Shown here: positions 36,744-46,536 of the stretch, piece after piece
Layout: every line of letters begins with the position of its first letter
Numbering within the stretch: the first letter of the stretch is position 1
Origin: a virus
Direction: 5' to 3' (one strand)
IMG/VR virus record: IMGVR_UViG_3300045988_163643
Coordinates: 64,001-128,000 of that record
DNA length: 64,000 bases
Program-made: the position numbers and the translations under genes
Notes under the pieces: model-generated
Database searches by the model: none
What the model was told of the DNA's origin: nothing
What the model saw: only the letters and a program-made list of their open reading frames with translations

Positions 36744-36950
36744 ATGAGAAAATTTTTAGAAAAAATAGGAAAGAAATTATGTAAGGATTATTTACAGACT
36801 GTGAATGCAGAATCAGAAAACTTAAAAATGATGTTAGAAAAAACTAATAAAGATTTTGAGATGTTACATAAAGAAATAGAAGAATTAAGATGTGAATTAA
36901 ACGTAGAAGAACCTAAAGAAATAATTGAAAAATTAGATAAAGAAGAATAA
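36744..36950 (+). CDS. small coiled-coil protein
   Basis: 68 aa, SD AAAGGTGA. Confidence 0.45.
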   Translation: MRKFLEKIGKKLCKDYLQTVNAESENLKMMLEKTNKDFEMLHKEIEELRCELNVEEPKEIIEKLDKEE

Positions 36951-36961
36951 TAATAATTAAA

Positions 36962-36988
36962 ATAGCCTACTATTAAGTAGGCTATTTT
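36962..36988. terminator. 10-bp-stem bidirectional terminator
   Basis: ATAGCCTACT-ATTA-AGTAGGCTAT. Confidence 0.65.
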
Positions 36989-37004
36989 AATTTATCTTTA
37001 AAAC

Positions 37005-37139
37005 TTATACTAAGGGGTCTCCATATCCATCATACCCATCTTGTTCTAATATCTTAAGAGTTTCATCTTTAAACATTTTAGGTACTTGTTCTATTGTTCT
37101 ACGTTTCTTTATAATTAAATTAGCATATATTCTTGCCAT
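37005..37139 (-). CDS. 44-aa tail-module protein (XkdX-like position and size)
   Basis: MARIYANLIIKKRRTIEQVPKMFKDETLKILEQDGYDGYGDPLV. TAATG overlap with the upstream gene. Below the track cutoff. Confidence 0.4.
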   Translation of the reverse strand: MARIYANLIIKKRRTIEQVPKMFKDETLKILEQDGYDGYGDPLV

Positions 37140-37504
37140 TATTTAACGCCTCCTTCTTGCAAAGCTATTATCATATCAGTTAGTTGTGCCATTGCTTCCT
37201 CGTGTTCTGTGTCAACTTGTTTTAGTTGAGCTATTTTATCATCTATAGTTAATTCTTGTTCTACTAAATCCATTTGTTTTACTGCGTACACAATTGTTAT
37301 TACTGTGTCCTGTTCTGTATATCCAGTTATAATAAGATATTCAGTTTCTGTGTTGTATGTAGGTTGTTGGTCTACAACCTCTTTAAATCCATATCTAGTC
37401 ATTAGTGCAATAGACTTATTAAATCCCACTATTGTTCTTCCATCATTTAATTTATAATTTTGTGGAGCGTATTCTAATACCCCATTATTTAATTTTGCAT
37501 ACAT
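37139..37504 (-). CDS. tail-fibre-associated protein (possible assembly factor)
   Basis: 121 aa, immediately downstream of the fibre/LamG genes. MYAKLNNGVLEYAP N-terminus. Confidence 0.45.
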   Translation of the reverse strand: MYAKLNNGVLEYAPQNYKLNDGRTIVGFNKSIALMTRYGFKEVVDQQPTYNTETEYLIITGYTEQDTVITIVYAVKQMDLVEQELTIDDKIAQLKQVDTEHEEAMAQLTDMIIALQEGGVK

Positions 37505-37525
37505 TTATTTATCACTCCTATTAAT

Positions 37526-38206
37526 TTATATTTTATATCTTAATTTGTCATTATTGTAATTTTGTAATAACTCATTTTGTGTTAACTTCCCTTGATATAA
37601 TCGAATTGCTTTTATATTACCCTGATAAAAATTAGAGTTCGACCCATTTCTACCTATATATGAACCTTTTGTATTATCAAAATAGTCTATAGTTTGGCTG
37701 TTTTTAGGTATGGACTCCATATTTATGTATAAACTATTATTATATTTATGCGTTTCGTCATAAACTTCAGCTGTTATGATTCTATTATGTCCCTGGAACG
37801 GACTTATTTCAAAACCGTTATCGTTATAGGATGATATAAAAGCCTTAAAAGTATAATACCCAAAACTAGCACAACTAATGAAAATTGGTTTAACCATTGT
37901 ATTACCTTCATTTGTTACATCAGCTATTATTTGTAAGGTCATACATTCTTTGTTAGTAATACAACTACTAAATTTATCTAAATCTATTAGAGTTAGACAT
38001 CCACCCTGTTTAATGTGTACATTACCAGCAGTAAATATAATATTATCATTATCAACAGAAAAATCGTTATTATTACCGGAAATATCTTCCCATATTTTTG
38101 TATTTGCATTAAACCCATTTCTCGTATTATATAAACTGTCCAAATTTAAGATTAAATTTTCTTGTACATATCCCAAAGAATTATTCATTAATAATTTTTT
38201 ACTCAT
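37526..38206 (-). CDS. LamG/concanavalin-like lectin domain protein
   Basis: NFYQGNIKAIRLYQGKLTQNELLQNY. Start at ATG 38206 (GGGTGGTG SD), overlapping the fibre stop. Confidence 0.55.
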   Translation of the reverse strand: MSKKLLMNNSLGYVQENLILNLDSLYNTRNGFNANTKIWEDISGNNNDFSVDNDNIIFTAGNVHIKQGGCLTLIDLDKFSSCITNKECMTLQIIADVTNEGNTMVKPIFISCASFGYYTFKAFISSYNDNGFEISPFQGHNRIITAEVYDETHKYNNSLYINMESIPKNSQTIDYFDNTKGSYIGRNGSNSNFYQGNIKAIRLYQGKLTQNELLQNYNNDKLRYKI

Positions 38207-39476
38207 ACTGTATAACACCACCCAACCATTCTGTTACATATGTGAAAATAAATTCATATGTTTTATTAGCTAATATAGTTGGTGTATTCCCATTTTGCCA
38301 TTTGCAAGCTGGTAGTGTTAATATTAAATCTGTTGTTGTACTAAAAAATAAATGAATTTCTGTAAAATAAGTAACTGTTGGTAATGTAATTTCAGTACCA
38401 TCTACAATAGTAGTAGTTTGATATTTATCTTTTGTTAATGTTAAAGTAGTACCTACTATATTAGTAGTTAATAGAGTATCTTTAACTTTATCATCTACAT
38501 ATTTTTTAGTAGTTAAATCTTTATCTTCAGTAGGTGTACCTTCTTGAGATAATTTACCTGCAAACCAAGCATTACCATTCCAATCCAAAGTATGTGCATT
38601 AGACCTTTTATTATATTCCCCATTACCTACTATGTGAGCATATTTATTAGCAGTATCTTCTATATTATATTTACCTTGCACATGTTGATTTTCAGAAGAA
38701 GCTTTAGTATTATAACCTTCTGCATGTGAAGTTTCACCTGAAGCTGTTGTACCACCACCTTCTGCATGTGAACCGTCACCTGAAGCTGTTGTATAATCAC
38801 CTTCTGCATGTGAAGATTCACCTGAAGCTACTGACTGACTACCTTCAGCGTGTGAACCGTCACCTGAAGCTGTTGTGCTAGCACCTTCCGCATGTGAATC
38901 ATTACCTGAAGCTGTTGTGCCTCCACCTTCCGCATGTGAATACCCACCTGAAGCTGTTGTACCACCACCTTCTGCATGTGAACAATCACCTGAAGCTATT
39001 ACACTACTACCTATAGCACTACTTCCTGCACCTATATCTCCTGCTCTTCCTAAACTTATACTATTTTGCAATACTAAATCAGTTTCTAAATACTTATTAT
39101 CTAAATATTTAACTTCTTCTTCATAAATAACTAAATCAGTAAAAGTATCTGTAGTATCAGTTGTATTTATTTTATCGATAACTAATATCATATTAGTTGA
39201 ATCATTATATGCTTGTATAATATAATTACCTATACCGCATGCAATACCATTGCCCAGTCCTTCACTTATTAATAAACTACATAATTTCTTACTACCTAAA
39301 AATTCTATATAATATCTTCTATCTTTATTAATAGAAGCATTATTTACAGTAATTTCATCATCTATTACTACATTACTAGCAGGTATAGTAGCTAATACTT
39401 TACTAGAAATAGTTTTTATTTCACTATTATTATTATTATTTCCATTGGTTTTATTATCTTCTCTAATAAACCCCAT
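38199..39476 (-). CDS. tail fibre protein with 7 SHAEG repeats
   Basis: Seven SHAEGxxTTASG units. Conserved NAHTLDWNGNAWFAGKLSQEGTPTEDKDLTTKKYVDD. Start MGFIREDNK at 39476 (AAGGAG 9 nt upstream). Confidence 0.7.
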   Translation of the reverse strand: MGFIREDNKTNGNNNNNSEIKTISSKVLATIPASNVVIDDEITVNNASINKDRRYYIEFLGSKKLCSLLISEGLGNGIACGIGNYIIQAYNDSTNMILVIDKINTTDTTDTFTDLVIYEEEVKYLDNKYLETDLVLQNSISLGRAGDIGAGSSAIGSSVIASGDCSHAEGGGTTASGGYSHAEGGGTTASGNDSHAEGASTTASGDGSHAEGSQSVASGESSHAEGDYTTASGDGSHAEGGGTTASGETSHAEGYNTKASSENQHVQGKYNIEDTANKYAHIVGNGEYNKRSNAHTLDWNGNAWFAGKLSQEGTPTEDKDLTTKKYVDDKVKDTLLTTNIVGTTLTLTKDKYQTTTIVDGTEITLPTVTYFTEIHLFFSTTTDLILTLPACKWQNGNTPTILANKTYEFIFTYVTEWLGGVIQYE

Positions 39477-39497
39477 TAAATTCATCTCCTTCAAAGA

Positions 39498-39509
39498 TAT
39501 TTTACATAT
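39498..39509 (-). promoter_or_regulatory. candidate late-promoter motif ATATGTAAAATA
   Basis: 12/12 identical to 46055..46066. Lies ~21 nt upstream of the fibre start. Confidence 0.35.
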
Positions 39510-39586
39510 CTTAATTTTTTTATAATCTACATTACGATTATAAGACCAACCTATTATATTAAATTATGATTTATCATACATTTTAT

Positions 39587-39615
39587 TTGACTTTTAATAA
39601 TCGCCTTAGTATAAT
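39587..39615 (+). promoter_or_regulatory. promoter TTGACT-17-TATAAT
   Basis: TTGACTTTTAATAATCGCCTTAGTATAAT. Confidence 0.65.
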
Positions 39616-39645
39616 TTATATAAAATATAATTTGGTGGTGATGGA

Positions 39646-41958
39646 ATGGGTAAACTTATAAGATTAGATAATCCTATTGAAATAGAATTTACTTTGGATA
39701 AAAAGGTATATAAAAGTCCTAATAGTAACTTTATGATATTAAGAGTATTTAGTGATACAATGGAAATTAAACCTTACTTAAACCCTATATATAATAATGT
39801 TAGTATGAAAGTAAATACAGTAGGTGAAATAAAATATAAAGTAAAATATAAAGCTAAAGTAACTGAATTAGAATATGATGGAAAATGGGGATATTCAATC
39901 AAAGGACAAGAGATAATACCTTCTGACTTTTCAGCAGATTCCATTAATGATGATAACACAATGTTAAATTTTATAGAATTATTTATCGGTGAAAGCATAG
40001 CAGATAAATTAAAAAATGTAATTGGCATATGTGATATAATAAAAAATAAAAATACCGATGAACTATTAAAAGTACGTGGAATAGGAGAAAAGACAGTAAA
40101 TAAAATATATAATTCTTATCAAGAGAATGTTGAAAATGCACATTATCTTATAACATTAAAACAATTAGGATTTACAGATAATGCTATAAATAAATTAAAC
40201 TCAGTATATGATAAAAACTTATATGAAGCATGTCAACAAATAAAAGAGAATATATTTGAATTAGTGTTTAAAGGATTTAGATTAGATATTATAGACAATA
40301 TATTCTTAAGCAAAATGGAGGGCGACAAAAGAGATGAAAGAAGATTAGAATGTTATACTTATAAAGCTATTAATGATGTATTATATGAAGACTTTGAAAG
40401 TTTTATAAGTATTAGTAGATTTATGAGATTACCAATAATAGAGAATACAGTAGATAATGTCGGAGATGAAATATTTAATAAATGTATAAACAAATTAATA
40501 AAAGATAGAAAAATTTATATCATAGAAGATAAATATATAACAACTTATGGTATTTATAATTGTGATGTTAATCTATATAGAAATTTAAGAAGATTAATAA
40601 ATGGAGATAACAAAAGTAATGTAGACATAGATATAGATAAAGAAATAGATTATGAAGAAGAAAGATTGGGAGTAAAATTAAACAAAGGACAAAGAAATTG
40701 TGTTAAATCTGTATTAACTCATAACATATCTTTATTAACAGGTGGTGGAGGTGTTGGTAAGACTTTCACATTAAACATAATATTAAACATAATGGATAGA
40801 TTATATGAACCATTCTTCCCTACTTTAGTAGCTTTAAGTGGTAAAGCTAGTGGAGTATTAGCTGAATCAACTAATAGAGAAGCAAGTACAATTCATAGAG
40901 CATTAGGTTTCTCAGGTGGATTTTTTATGTATGATGCAACCAATCCATTAAAAACTGATATGTTAGTTATAGATGAAGTTTCTATGGTATCAAATGGATT
41001 AATGTTAAGTTTATTAAGTGCTATTGAAACTGGAACTAAAATATTATTTATAGGAGATGAAAAACAATTAACTAGTATTGGACATTCTAATACTATAAAT
41101 GATTTAAATAAATTACCAATAAATAAATGTCAATTAAATGAACCTATGAGACAAGCGATGAAAAGTGGTATATTAAATGTATGTACTGATATAAGAAATG
41201 ATAAGAATCCATTTGTAAATAAAAAATTTGCATTATATGGTGAATTAAAAGATATGTCAGTTACTATAGGTGATGATAAATATTGGGAAATGATTAATGA
41301 TTATGTAGAAAATTTTGATGTTAATAATAAATTAGATTATACAGTTTTAGCTTGTACTAAAAAAGAAACAAGTAGAATAAATATAGATATTCAAAACGAA
41401 TTAATAAAAAAAGGTAAACTTAATAAAGACAGTAATTATATAGAAATTAGTACTGACCTTAAGGAAGATGATAAGAAAGTTAAAATGAAAGTATATCCAG
41501 GAAGTGTATTACTTATAACAACAAATAAATATAACTTATTATCTGAAGAAGATTATTATAATAATAGAAAAGACGGAAAAAAATGTTTATTCAATGGTAA
41601 CACAGTAATAGTAAAAGAAATATATTCTGATGCAATTAAAGTTAGTTTCAATAATGAAAACTTTATAATTCTTAGTGAATTTTATGATATATTAAGTGGT
41701 GGCTATAGCTACTCAATACATCGTTCTCAAGGAAGTACTATAAAATATTTATATATCTACTTAAGCAACACATATGTTGTAAAAGAAATGCTATTAGTAA
41801 ATGAAGCATTATATACTGCTGTATCAAGAGGGAAAACAAGTTGTAAATTATATGCAGAAAATTATATTATATTGACAAAAGCAATAAACAACAGAGAGAT
41901 AAACAAAAGACAAACAGTATTAGAATTATTAATAGATGGAAAAATAGCTCTTAAATAA
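39646..41958 (+). CDS. RecD-like SF1B DNA helicase
   Basis: HhH LLKVRGIGEKTVNKIY. Walker A LTGGGGVGKTFTL. Walker B MLVIDEVSMV. YSIHRSQGSTIKY, and C-terminal ALYTAVSRGK. Confidence 0.8.
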   Translation: MGKLIRLDNPIEIEFTLDKKVYKSPNSNFMILRVFSDTMEIKPYLNPIYNNVSMKVNTVGEIKYKVKYKAKVTELEYDGKWGYSIKGQEIIPSDFSADSINDDNTMLNFIELFIGESIADKLKNVIGICDIIKNKNTDELLKVRGIGEKTVNKIYNSYQENVENAHYLITLKQLGFTDNAINKLNSVYDKNLYEACQQIKENIFELVFKGFRLDIIDNIFLSKMEGDKRDERRLECYTYKAINDVLYEDFESFISISRFMRLPIIENTVDNVGDEIFNKCINKLIKDRKIYIIEDKYITTYGIYNCDVNLYRNLRRLINGDNKSNVDIDIDKEIDYEEERLGVKLNKGQRNCVKSVLTHNISLLTGGGGVGKTFTLNIILNIMDRLYEPFFPTLVALSGKASGVLAESTNREASTIHRALGFSGGFFMYDATNPLKTDMLVIDEVSMVSNGLMLSLLSAIETGTKILFIGDEKQLTSIGHSNTINDLNKLPINKCQLNEPMRQAMKSGILNVCTDIRNDKNPFVNKKFALYGELKDMSVTIGDDKYWEMINDYVENFDVNNKLDYTVLACTKKETSRINIDIQNELIKKGKLNKDSNYIEISTDLKEDDKKVKMKVYPGSVLLITTNKYNLLSEEDYYNNRKDGKKCLFNGNTVIVKEIYSDAIKVSFNNENFIILSEFYDILSGGYSYSIHRSQGSTIKYLYIYLSNTYVVKEMLLVNEALYTAVSRGKTSCKLYAENYIILTKAINNREINKRQTVLELLIDGKIALK

Positions 41959-41996
41959 TTATCTTATTGTATTTGCTTTAGGCATTATTCATTAAA

Positions 41997-42023
41997 AAGG
42001 AGAGTAAAATACTCTTCTTTTTT
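41997..42023 (+). terminator. rho-independent terminator
   Basis: AGAGTA-AAA-TACTCT stem plus a T-run. Confidence 0.55.
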
Positions 42024-42195
42024 AAAAGAAAATTAAATAACTTTATGGGCTTAAGCAATAGAAAAAATTTTATAAGACTGTCAGTATGAATTGTACATAA
42101 TCTAAAGAAAACTCGTACATCTTTTAAAAAATGTAAAAAAAATAATTACTAATGTCTTATAATATATATGAAAACAAATAAAGGTAGGTGAAAAA

Positions 42196-42270
42196 TTTGT
42201 ACAGAAACTAAAATCTTTATATATATAGTATATATATAATAATATATAGAGAAATTAGTTTCTGTACAAA
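42196..42270. repeat. perfect 16-bp inverted repeat flanking a 43-bp TA-rich spacer
   Basis: TTTGTACAGAAACTAA and TTAGTTTCTGTACAAA. The right arm ends 10 nt before the ATG at 42281. Confidence 0.85.
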
Positions 42271-42280
42271 AATAATAAAT

Positions 42281-43684
42281 ATGAATATAGAAAATCTAGA
42301 GCTAAATAAGGAATATACATGGAAACAAATTTGTGAATTAACAGATGTGCCATATAAAACAGGCAATACAAAAATAAAACAAATGAAACAGTTTGAAAGT
42401 CTATGTAGGTTTACTAAAGAAAAAACTAAATTTACAATACATGAGATATATAATAAACCTAAAGAAATAGAAGATGGTAGAAAAAATAATAGGGGTTCTG
42501 ATATTCGTTTATCTAAATATGAACCACTAGATGACCAATTGTTTGCAATGTTTGATGATATACTTGAGAATAATTCCAATTTACCTGTTATAGAAGACAA
42601 AACAAATGAATTATATAAAGTGTATCTTTGGACGAGTGAAATGAAGAAAGTGACTGGAATGGTTAATAGTGAATTTAAAGGAAATAAAAATGATAATACT
42701 ACAAGAACACATATTAAAGAAAGTGTAAAAAATATTACTCCTTATGAAAAATATAAAAAAAATGTTAAAGAAGATATAAAAAAAGAGGAGGAGATACTTA
42801 TAAAAGAATATGAAAAATATGTTGATGAGAGTGTTGATTTAATATTTAATGATATATTTCCAACTTGCAAACAAAGAACTGATGAGATGTTACATGGAGC
42901 TTTAGGGAGATTAGAAAAACAACATATAATATTTGTAAATAGAGCTTATATGTTGCAGTTTAAATATGAGACTGGAGAATATGATGAAGATGGAAATGAA
43001 ATAGTTTTATATTATCAACAATATACAAATGGAACAAAAGAAACAGCTGTAATAGATAACATAAAATTATCTGTAATTGAAGATTGGAATAAAATACTTG
43101 ATAGAAAAAAATTTTTTAAAGGAACTGAATTAAAAATATATAAATATTTTAAAAATAAAAAAGATGAGAATGGTAATATAAAAAAAATATCTAATATGAA
43201 TGATATACCTAATGATTTATTAGGTATATTTAATAGATGCTTTAAAGAAAAAATGATAAAAAAATTTGGAGATTCTGCAATGTATTTTGATTGTGCTTTT
43301 GCTTGTAATGAAGTATTAATTAATAAAAAAATGATGAATTTCAAATATGATGATAGCAAAAGAAAACAAATAATAACTTGTAAAAAAGATTTAACTAATA
43401 AAAAGAAAATTAATCAATTAGTTACAGCTAGTTTAGTTAATACCTTCAAAAAGAAAATAAAAAACTCTAAAAATGATACCTCATCTTTTAGTAATAAAAA
43501 ATACGATAAGGTAAGAAATGATTTTGAAGAAATATATCTAACAACAGTTGAAGATAAAGTAAGAATAGATTTTAAGAAAGATAATTCAGAAATACTTAGA
43601 TTGTCATCACCAAAAATAAAAAATGAAAATGATACAATAATTAATTTACTTAAAGATGATGATGATAGTAAAAATACTAAATAA
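42281..43684 (+). CDS. hypothetical protein; N-terminus paralogous to 7387..8454
   Basis: 467-aa K-rich ORF with no obvious SD. Confidence 0.5.
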   Translation: MNIENLELNKEYTWKQICELTDVPYKTGNTKIKQMKQFESLCRFTKEKTKFTIHEIYNKPKEIEDGRKNNRGSDIRLSKYEPLDDQLFAMFDDILENNSNLPVIEDKTNELYKVYLWTSEMKKVTGMVNSEFKGNKNDNTTRTHIKESVKNITPYEKYKKNVKEDIKKEEEILIKEYEKYVDESVDLIFNDIFPTCKQRTDEMLHGALGRLEKQHIIFVNRAYMLQFKYETGEYDEDGNEIVLYYQQYTNGTKETAVIDNIKLSVIEDWNKILDRKKFFKGTELKIYKYFKNKKDENGNIKKISNMNDIPNDLLGIFNRCFKEKMIKKFGDSAMYFDCAFACNEVLINKKMMNFKYDDSKRKQIITCKKDLTNKKKINQLVTASLVNTFKKKIKNSKNDTSSFSNKKYDKVRNDFEEIYLTTVEDKVRIDFKKDNSEILRLSSPKIKNENDTIINLLKDDDDSKNTK

Positions 43685-43696
43685 ATTATTAATAAA

Positions 43697-43760
43697 AAGG
43701 GGACAGAAATTGTATGTAAGCTATAAAGGAAGGGGACAGAAATTGTATGTAAGCTATAAA
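43697..43760. repeat. 31-bp tandem direct repeat (period 33)
   Basis: AAGGGGACAGAAATTGTATGTAAGCTATAAA twice. A third partial copy (AAGGAACAGAAAATT) forms the terminator arm. Confidence 0.85.
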
Positions 43761-43763
43761 AAA

Positions 43764-43793
43764 AGGAACAGAAAATTAATCTGTTCCTTTTTT
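43764..43793. terminator. bidirectional terminator
   Basis: AGGAACAG...CTGTTCCT stem plus a T-run. The stop codon of 43776..44519 lies in the loop. Confidence 0.6.
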
Positions 43794-44519
43794 ATTATCT
43801 AAAACCTTATTAATTATATTCATTCCATTTTTCTCTTTATGTTTATTAAATGATAAGAGATAATCTTTGGCACTTTGTTTTTTAGGTTTTTTTAATAACT
43901 TATCAATTATTCTTTTATTTGTTTTTTTAGTGTTTGTTTTTTTAACAGTGACACTCGCATGTTTTTCTTTTTTAGATTTTTTTTCTTTAGGAGTTTTATC
44001 TTCTATTGATGTAATTCTATGCATTTGCTTTAACAACATATGATAATATCCGTGGTCACATCCATTTTCTACCCAGTACATATCTCCTAAATCTTGTATA
44101 TAATAACACGAATTAAAATAATAAGTGTTGGATTTTCTAACGCCAGACATTACAGCAAGTTTATCAATCATTGCTTTATAACCATCTTTGATGTTTTTAA
44201 ATCTCATCCAACCATGTTTGGCTTTTAAACCTCCAGGGTTGTTATAGCTTCTAAAAAGATGACTTTTACCATAGCCTGTTTCTATACTTGTCATTGCTAT
44301 AACTAATGTTGCATTTACTCCTACTTCATCACAGTATTCGTAGATATAGTCAACACAACCCATTAATTTTTTACTAGTATTTCTATTGTATAAAAATACT
44401 TTAGCTTGATAAGGTGTTGATGTATTATCGGTTGCTATTATTGGTTTACTCGCATAACTGGAGCAAGGAAGTAAAACCATTAACATACATAAGAATAAAG
44501 TAAATATTTTCTTTTTCAT
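43776..44519 (-). CDS. secreted N-acetylglucosaminidase-domain peptidoglycan hydrolase
   Basis: Signal peptide MKKKIFTLFLCMLMVLLPCSSYA. VIAMTSIETGYGKSHLFRSYNNPGGLKA. Confidence 0.65.
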   Translation of the reverse strand: MKKKIFTLFLCMLMVLLPCSSYASKPIIATDNTSTPYQAKVFLYNRNTSKKLMGCVDYIYEYCDEVGVNATLVIAMTSIETGYGKSHLFRSYNNPGGLKAKHGWMRFKNIKDGYKAMIDKLAVMSGVRKSNTYYFNSCYYIQDLGDMYWVENGCDHGYYHMLLKQMHRITSIEDKTPKEKKSKKEKHASVTVKKTNTKKTNKRIIDKLLKKPKKQSAKDYLLSFNKHKEKNGMNIINKVLDNKKGTD

Positions 44520-45406
44520 TATTTATCATCTCGATAAAAAATATTCATATCAACTTTACCTATACCATCAATATAACCCTTATCAGTGTATTGCCACATT
44601 CTAAATTTACCTAGTTTTATACATTTTCCATTCCATGAAGCAATCCATGTATAATGACTATTCAATAAATCTTCTGTAAAATAATTATCACTAAAATCTA
44701 AATTTGTATATATACCACTATCGTATCCATCTTTTTCTACTATTCTACAAAATTCGTTTCCAAGAGATGTAACTAACTTTTTAGTGGGTCTAACTCCAAA
44801 TTGAGTAGAATATCGTACTGAATCATATTCATAATCAAACCATACTCCTAATGTTATATGCTTTCTGTATGGTTCAATTAATTTTAAACAGAAATTTGTC
44901 TCTTTCTTGACATCATTTAAATCCATAGCATAACTAAAATGATATACACCTATTTCCATATCATTTTTTATAGCTTGTTCTATATTATATTTAAATTTAT
45001 AATCTTCTGTTTTAGCATATCCAGTTCTTATTATACAAAAGTCTATCCCTGCCTTTTTAACTCTCTTCCAATCTATAGTCCCATTCCATTTAGAAACATC
45101 TATTCCTTTAAGTTGTTTCTTGTCTGATTTTATATTACCCTTCTTTTTAGATTCTTTCTTTATCTCTTTTTCCAATTCTATATTGTTGCTTATTACTTTA
45201 GTTTTCTCTTCTTTGTTTTTTCTACTTTCTTCAACTTTAGAATTCTTTCCGATAAGAGAATTTATCAAATCTAAACCATTATTTTTTGGTCTTTGATTAC
45301 TGTTGTCTAAAATATTGTAAATAATGTCAGTTGGTTGGGCATTAATTGTTTGTATTGGGAAAGTTAATACACATAATGCAATTAAAAAAGACAGTATCTT
45401 TTTCAA
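44519..45406 (-). CDS. secreted GH25 muramidase (lysozyme)
   Basis: Signal peptide MKKILSFLIALCVLTFPIQTINA. GIDVSKWNGTIDWKRVKKAGIDFCIIRTGY. Confidence 0.7.
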   Translation of the reverse strand: MKKILSFLIALCVLTFPIQTINAQPTDIIYNILDNSNQRPKNNGLDLINSLIGKNSKVEESRKNKEEKTKVISNNIELEKEIKKESKKKGNIKSDKKQLKGIDVSKWNGTIDWKRVKKAGIDFCIIRTGYAKTEDYKFKYNIEQAIKNDMEIGVYHFSYAMDLNDVKKETNFCLKLIEPYRKHITLGVWFDYEYDSVRYSTQFGVRPTKKLVTSLGNEFCRIVEKDGYDSGIYTNLDFSDNYFTEDLLNSHYTWIASWNGKCIKLGKFRMWQYTDKGYIDGIGKVDMNIFYRDDK

Positions 45407-45407
45407 T

Positions 45408-46019
45408 CTAGTCGTCTTCTTTATCTTTTGGTATTATTACTCTGAAAGTTAATACACCAGCAACAACAAATAATCCCATTTTAAACAAATCAACCAAAAT
45501 ATTAACAAAGCTTTCTTGTAAAGTTGTAAACCATGCTCCTTGTGGTGATATGCCTAAAGCTAAAATGAACATAATTATCCACATTATTCCTACTGCTAGT
45601 TTTTGTTTGTTTCTTTGAAACCAAGTTTTTTTAGGATTAGGACAACATTTTTCACAATGGCATCCTGTTGGATGTTGTTCAGTTTTAGGGGATTCAACAA
45701 CCATTTTCTTTTCCACAATACAAGATTCAACACCTTTGCAAGTAAGATGCTCATATTGTTCTTGTTGAATTTCACCATTAATAGGACAACCTATTCCATT
45801 TTTACTTGTGCTATTTAAGATGTTGTTTATTTCATCTAGTTTTTTCATTTCAGCACATAACTCATCTTTTTTCAATCTTATGTCTAAATTTTGAGTTTCT
45901 CTTATTCTTTTTTCTTCTAAAGCTTCTTTAATCTCACGAATGTTTTCATTTCTATCTTTCTCATTCATAGTAATTTTTTCAGCTCCTTCTAACATGTTTT
46001 TGATTTTTAGAGATTTCAT
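45408..46019 (-). CDS. holin-like membrane protein (coiled-coil, Cys-rich region, two C-terminal TM segments)
   Basis: C-terminal AVGIMWIIMFILALGI...GLFVVAGVLTFRVII. First gene of the lysis cassette. Confidence 0.4.
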   Translation of the reverse strand: MKSLKIKNMLEGAEKITMNEKDRNENIREIKEALEEKRIRETQNLDIRLKKDELCAEMKKLDEINNILNSTSKNGIGCPINGEIQQEQYEHLTCKGVESCIVEKKMVVESPKTEQHPTGCHCEKCCPNPKKTWFQRNKQKLAVGIMWIIMFILALGISPQGAWFTTLQESFVNILVDLFKMGLFVVAGVLTFRVIIPKDKEDD

Positions 46020-46054
46020 GCTTCCACCTCACAATCTCTTATTTTTTTGATAAT

Positions 46055-46066
46055 TATTTTACATAT
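46055..46066 (-). promoter_or_regulatory. candidate late-promoter motif ATATGTAAAATA
   Basis: Identical 12-mer to 39498..39509. Lies ~37 nt upstream of the lysis cassette start. Confidence 0.35.
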
Positions 46067-46103
46067 ATTTAATAATACATTTTTATTAATTTTATTAAAA
46101 CTA

Positions 46104-46132
46104 TTTACTTTTAATAAAAGTTTTAGTATATT
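46104..46132 (+). promoter_or_regulatory. promoter TTTACT-17-TATATT
   Basis: First of two tandem copies of the promoter module. Confidence 0.55.
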
Positions 46133-46157
46133 ATATATATAAAATTTTTTAAATATG

Positions 46158-46186
46158 TTTACTTTTAACAAAAGTATTAGTATAAT
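46158..46186 (+). promoter_or_regulatory. promoter TTTACT-17-TATAAT
   Basis: Second tandem copy. Confidence 0.6.
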
Positions 46187-46212
46187 ATATATAAAAGGAA
46201 GGAGATGAAGGT

Positions 46213-46536
46213 ATGAAGAATCCAGTTAATCAAATTCACAAAAAAATGTTAGAAGAATTTGAAAGTAAAAGAAAATATAATAAAAGAATGATAGAAGAAG
46301 ATGTATCATGGAGAAAAGTACCGTTTGAAATAAAAAAAATATTTTACGAAGCATACGATTTAACAAATGAATTATCAGATGAATTGTTAATAAAAATAGA
46401 AGATAGTAAAGAAGAATTTGATTATGAGATAGATGAATACTTTAATTATATTATGTTGGAGGAAGAATGGTATAATTTAATATTTTTCTCATTATGCAAA
46501 AAATATGGAATAGATAAAAATGTTCTATCAATTTAG
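46213..46536 (+). CDS. hypothetical protein
   Basis: 107 aa, SD GGAAGGAG. Confidence 0.5.
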   Translation: MKNPVNQIHKKMLEEFESKRKYNKRMIEEDVSWRKVPFEIKKIFYEAYDLTNELSDELLIKIEDSKEEFDYEIDEYFNYIMLEEEWYNLIFFSLCKKYGIDKNVLSI

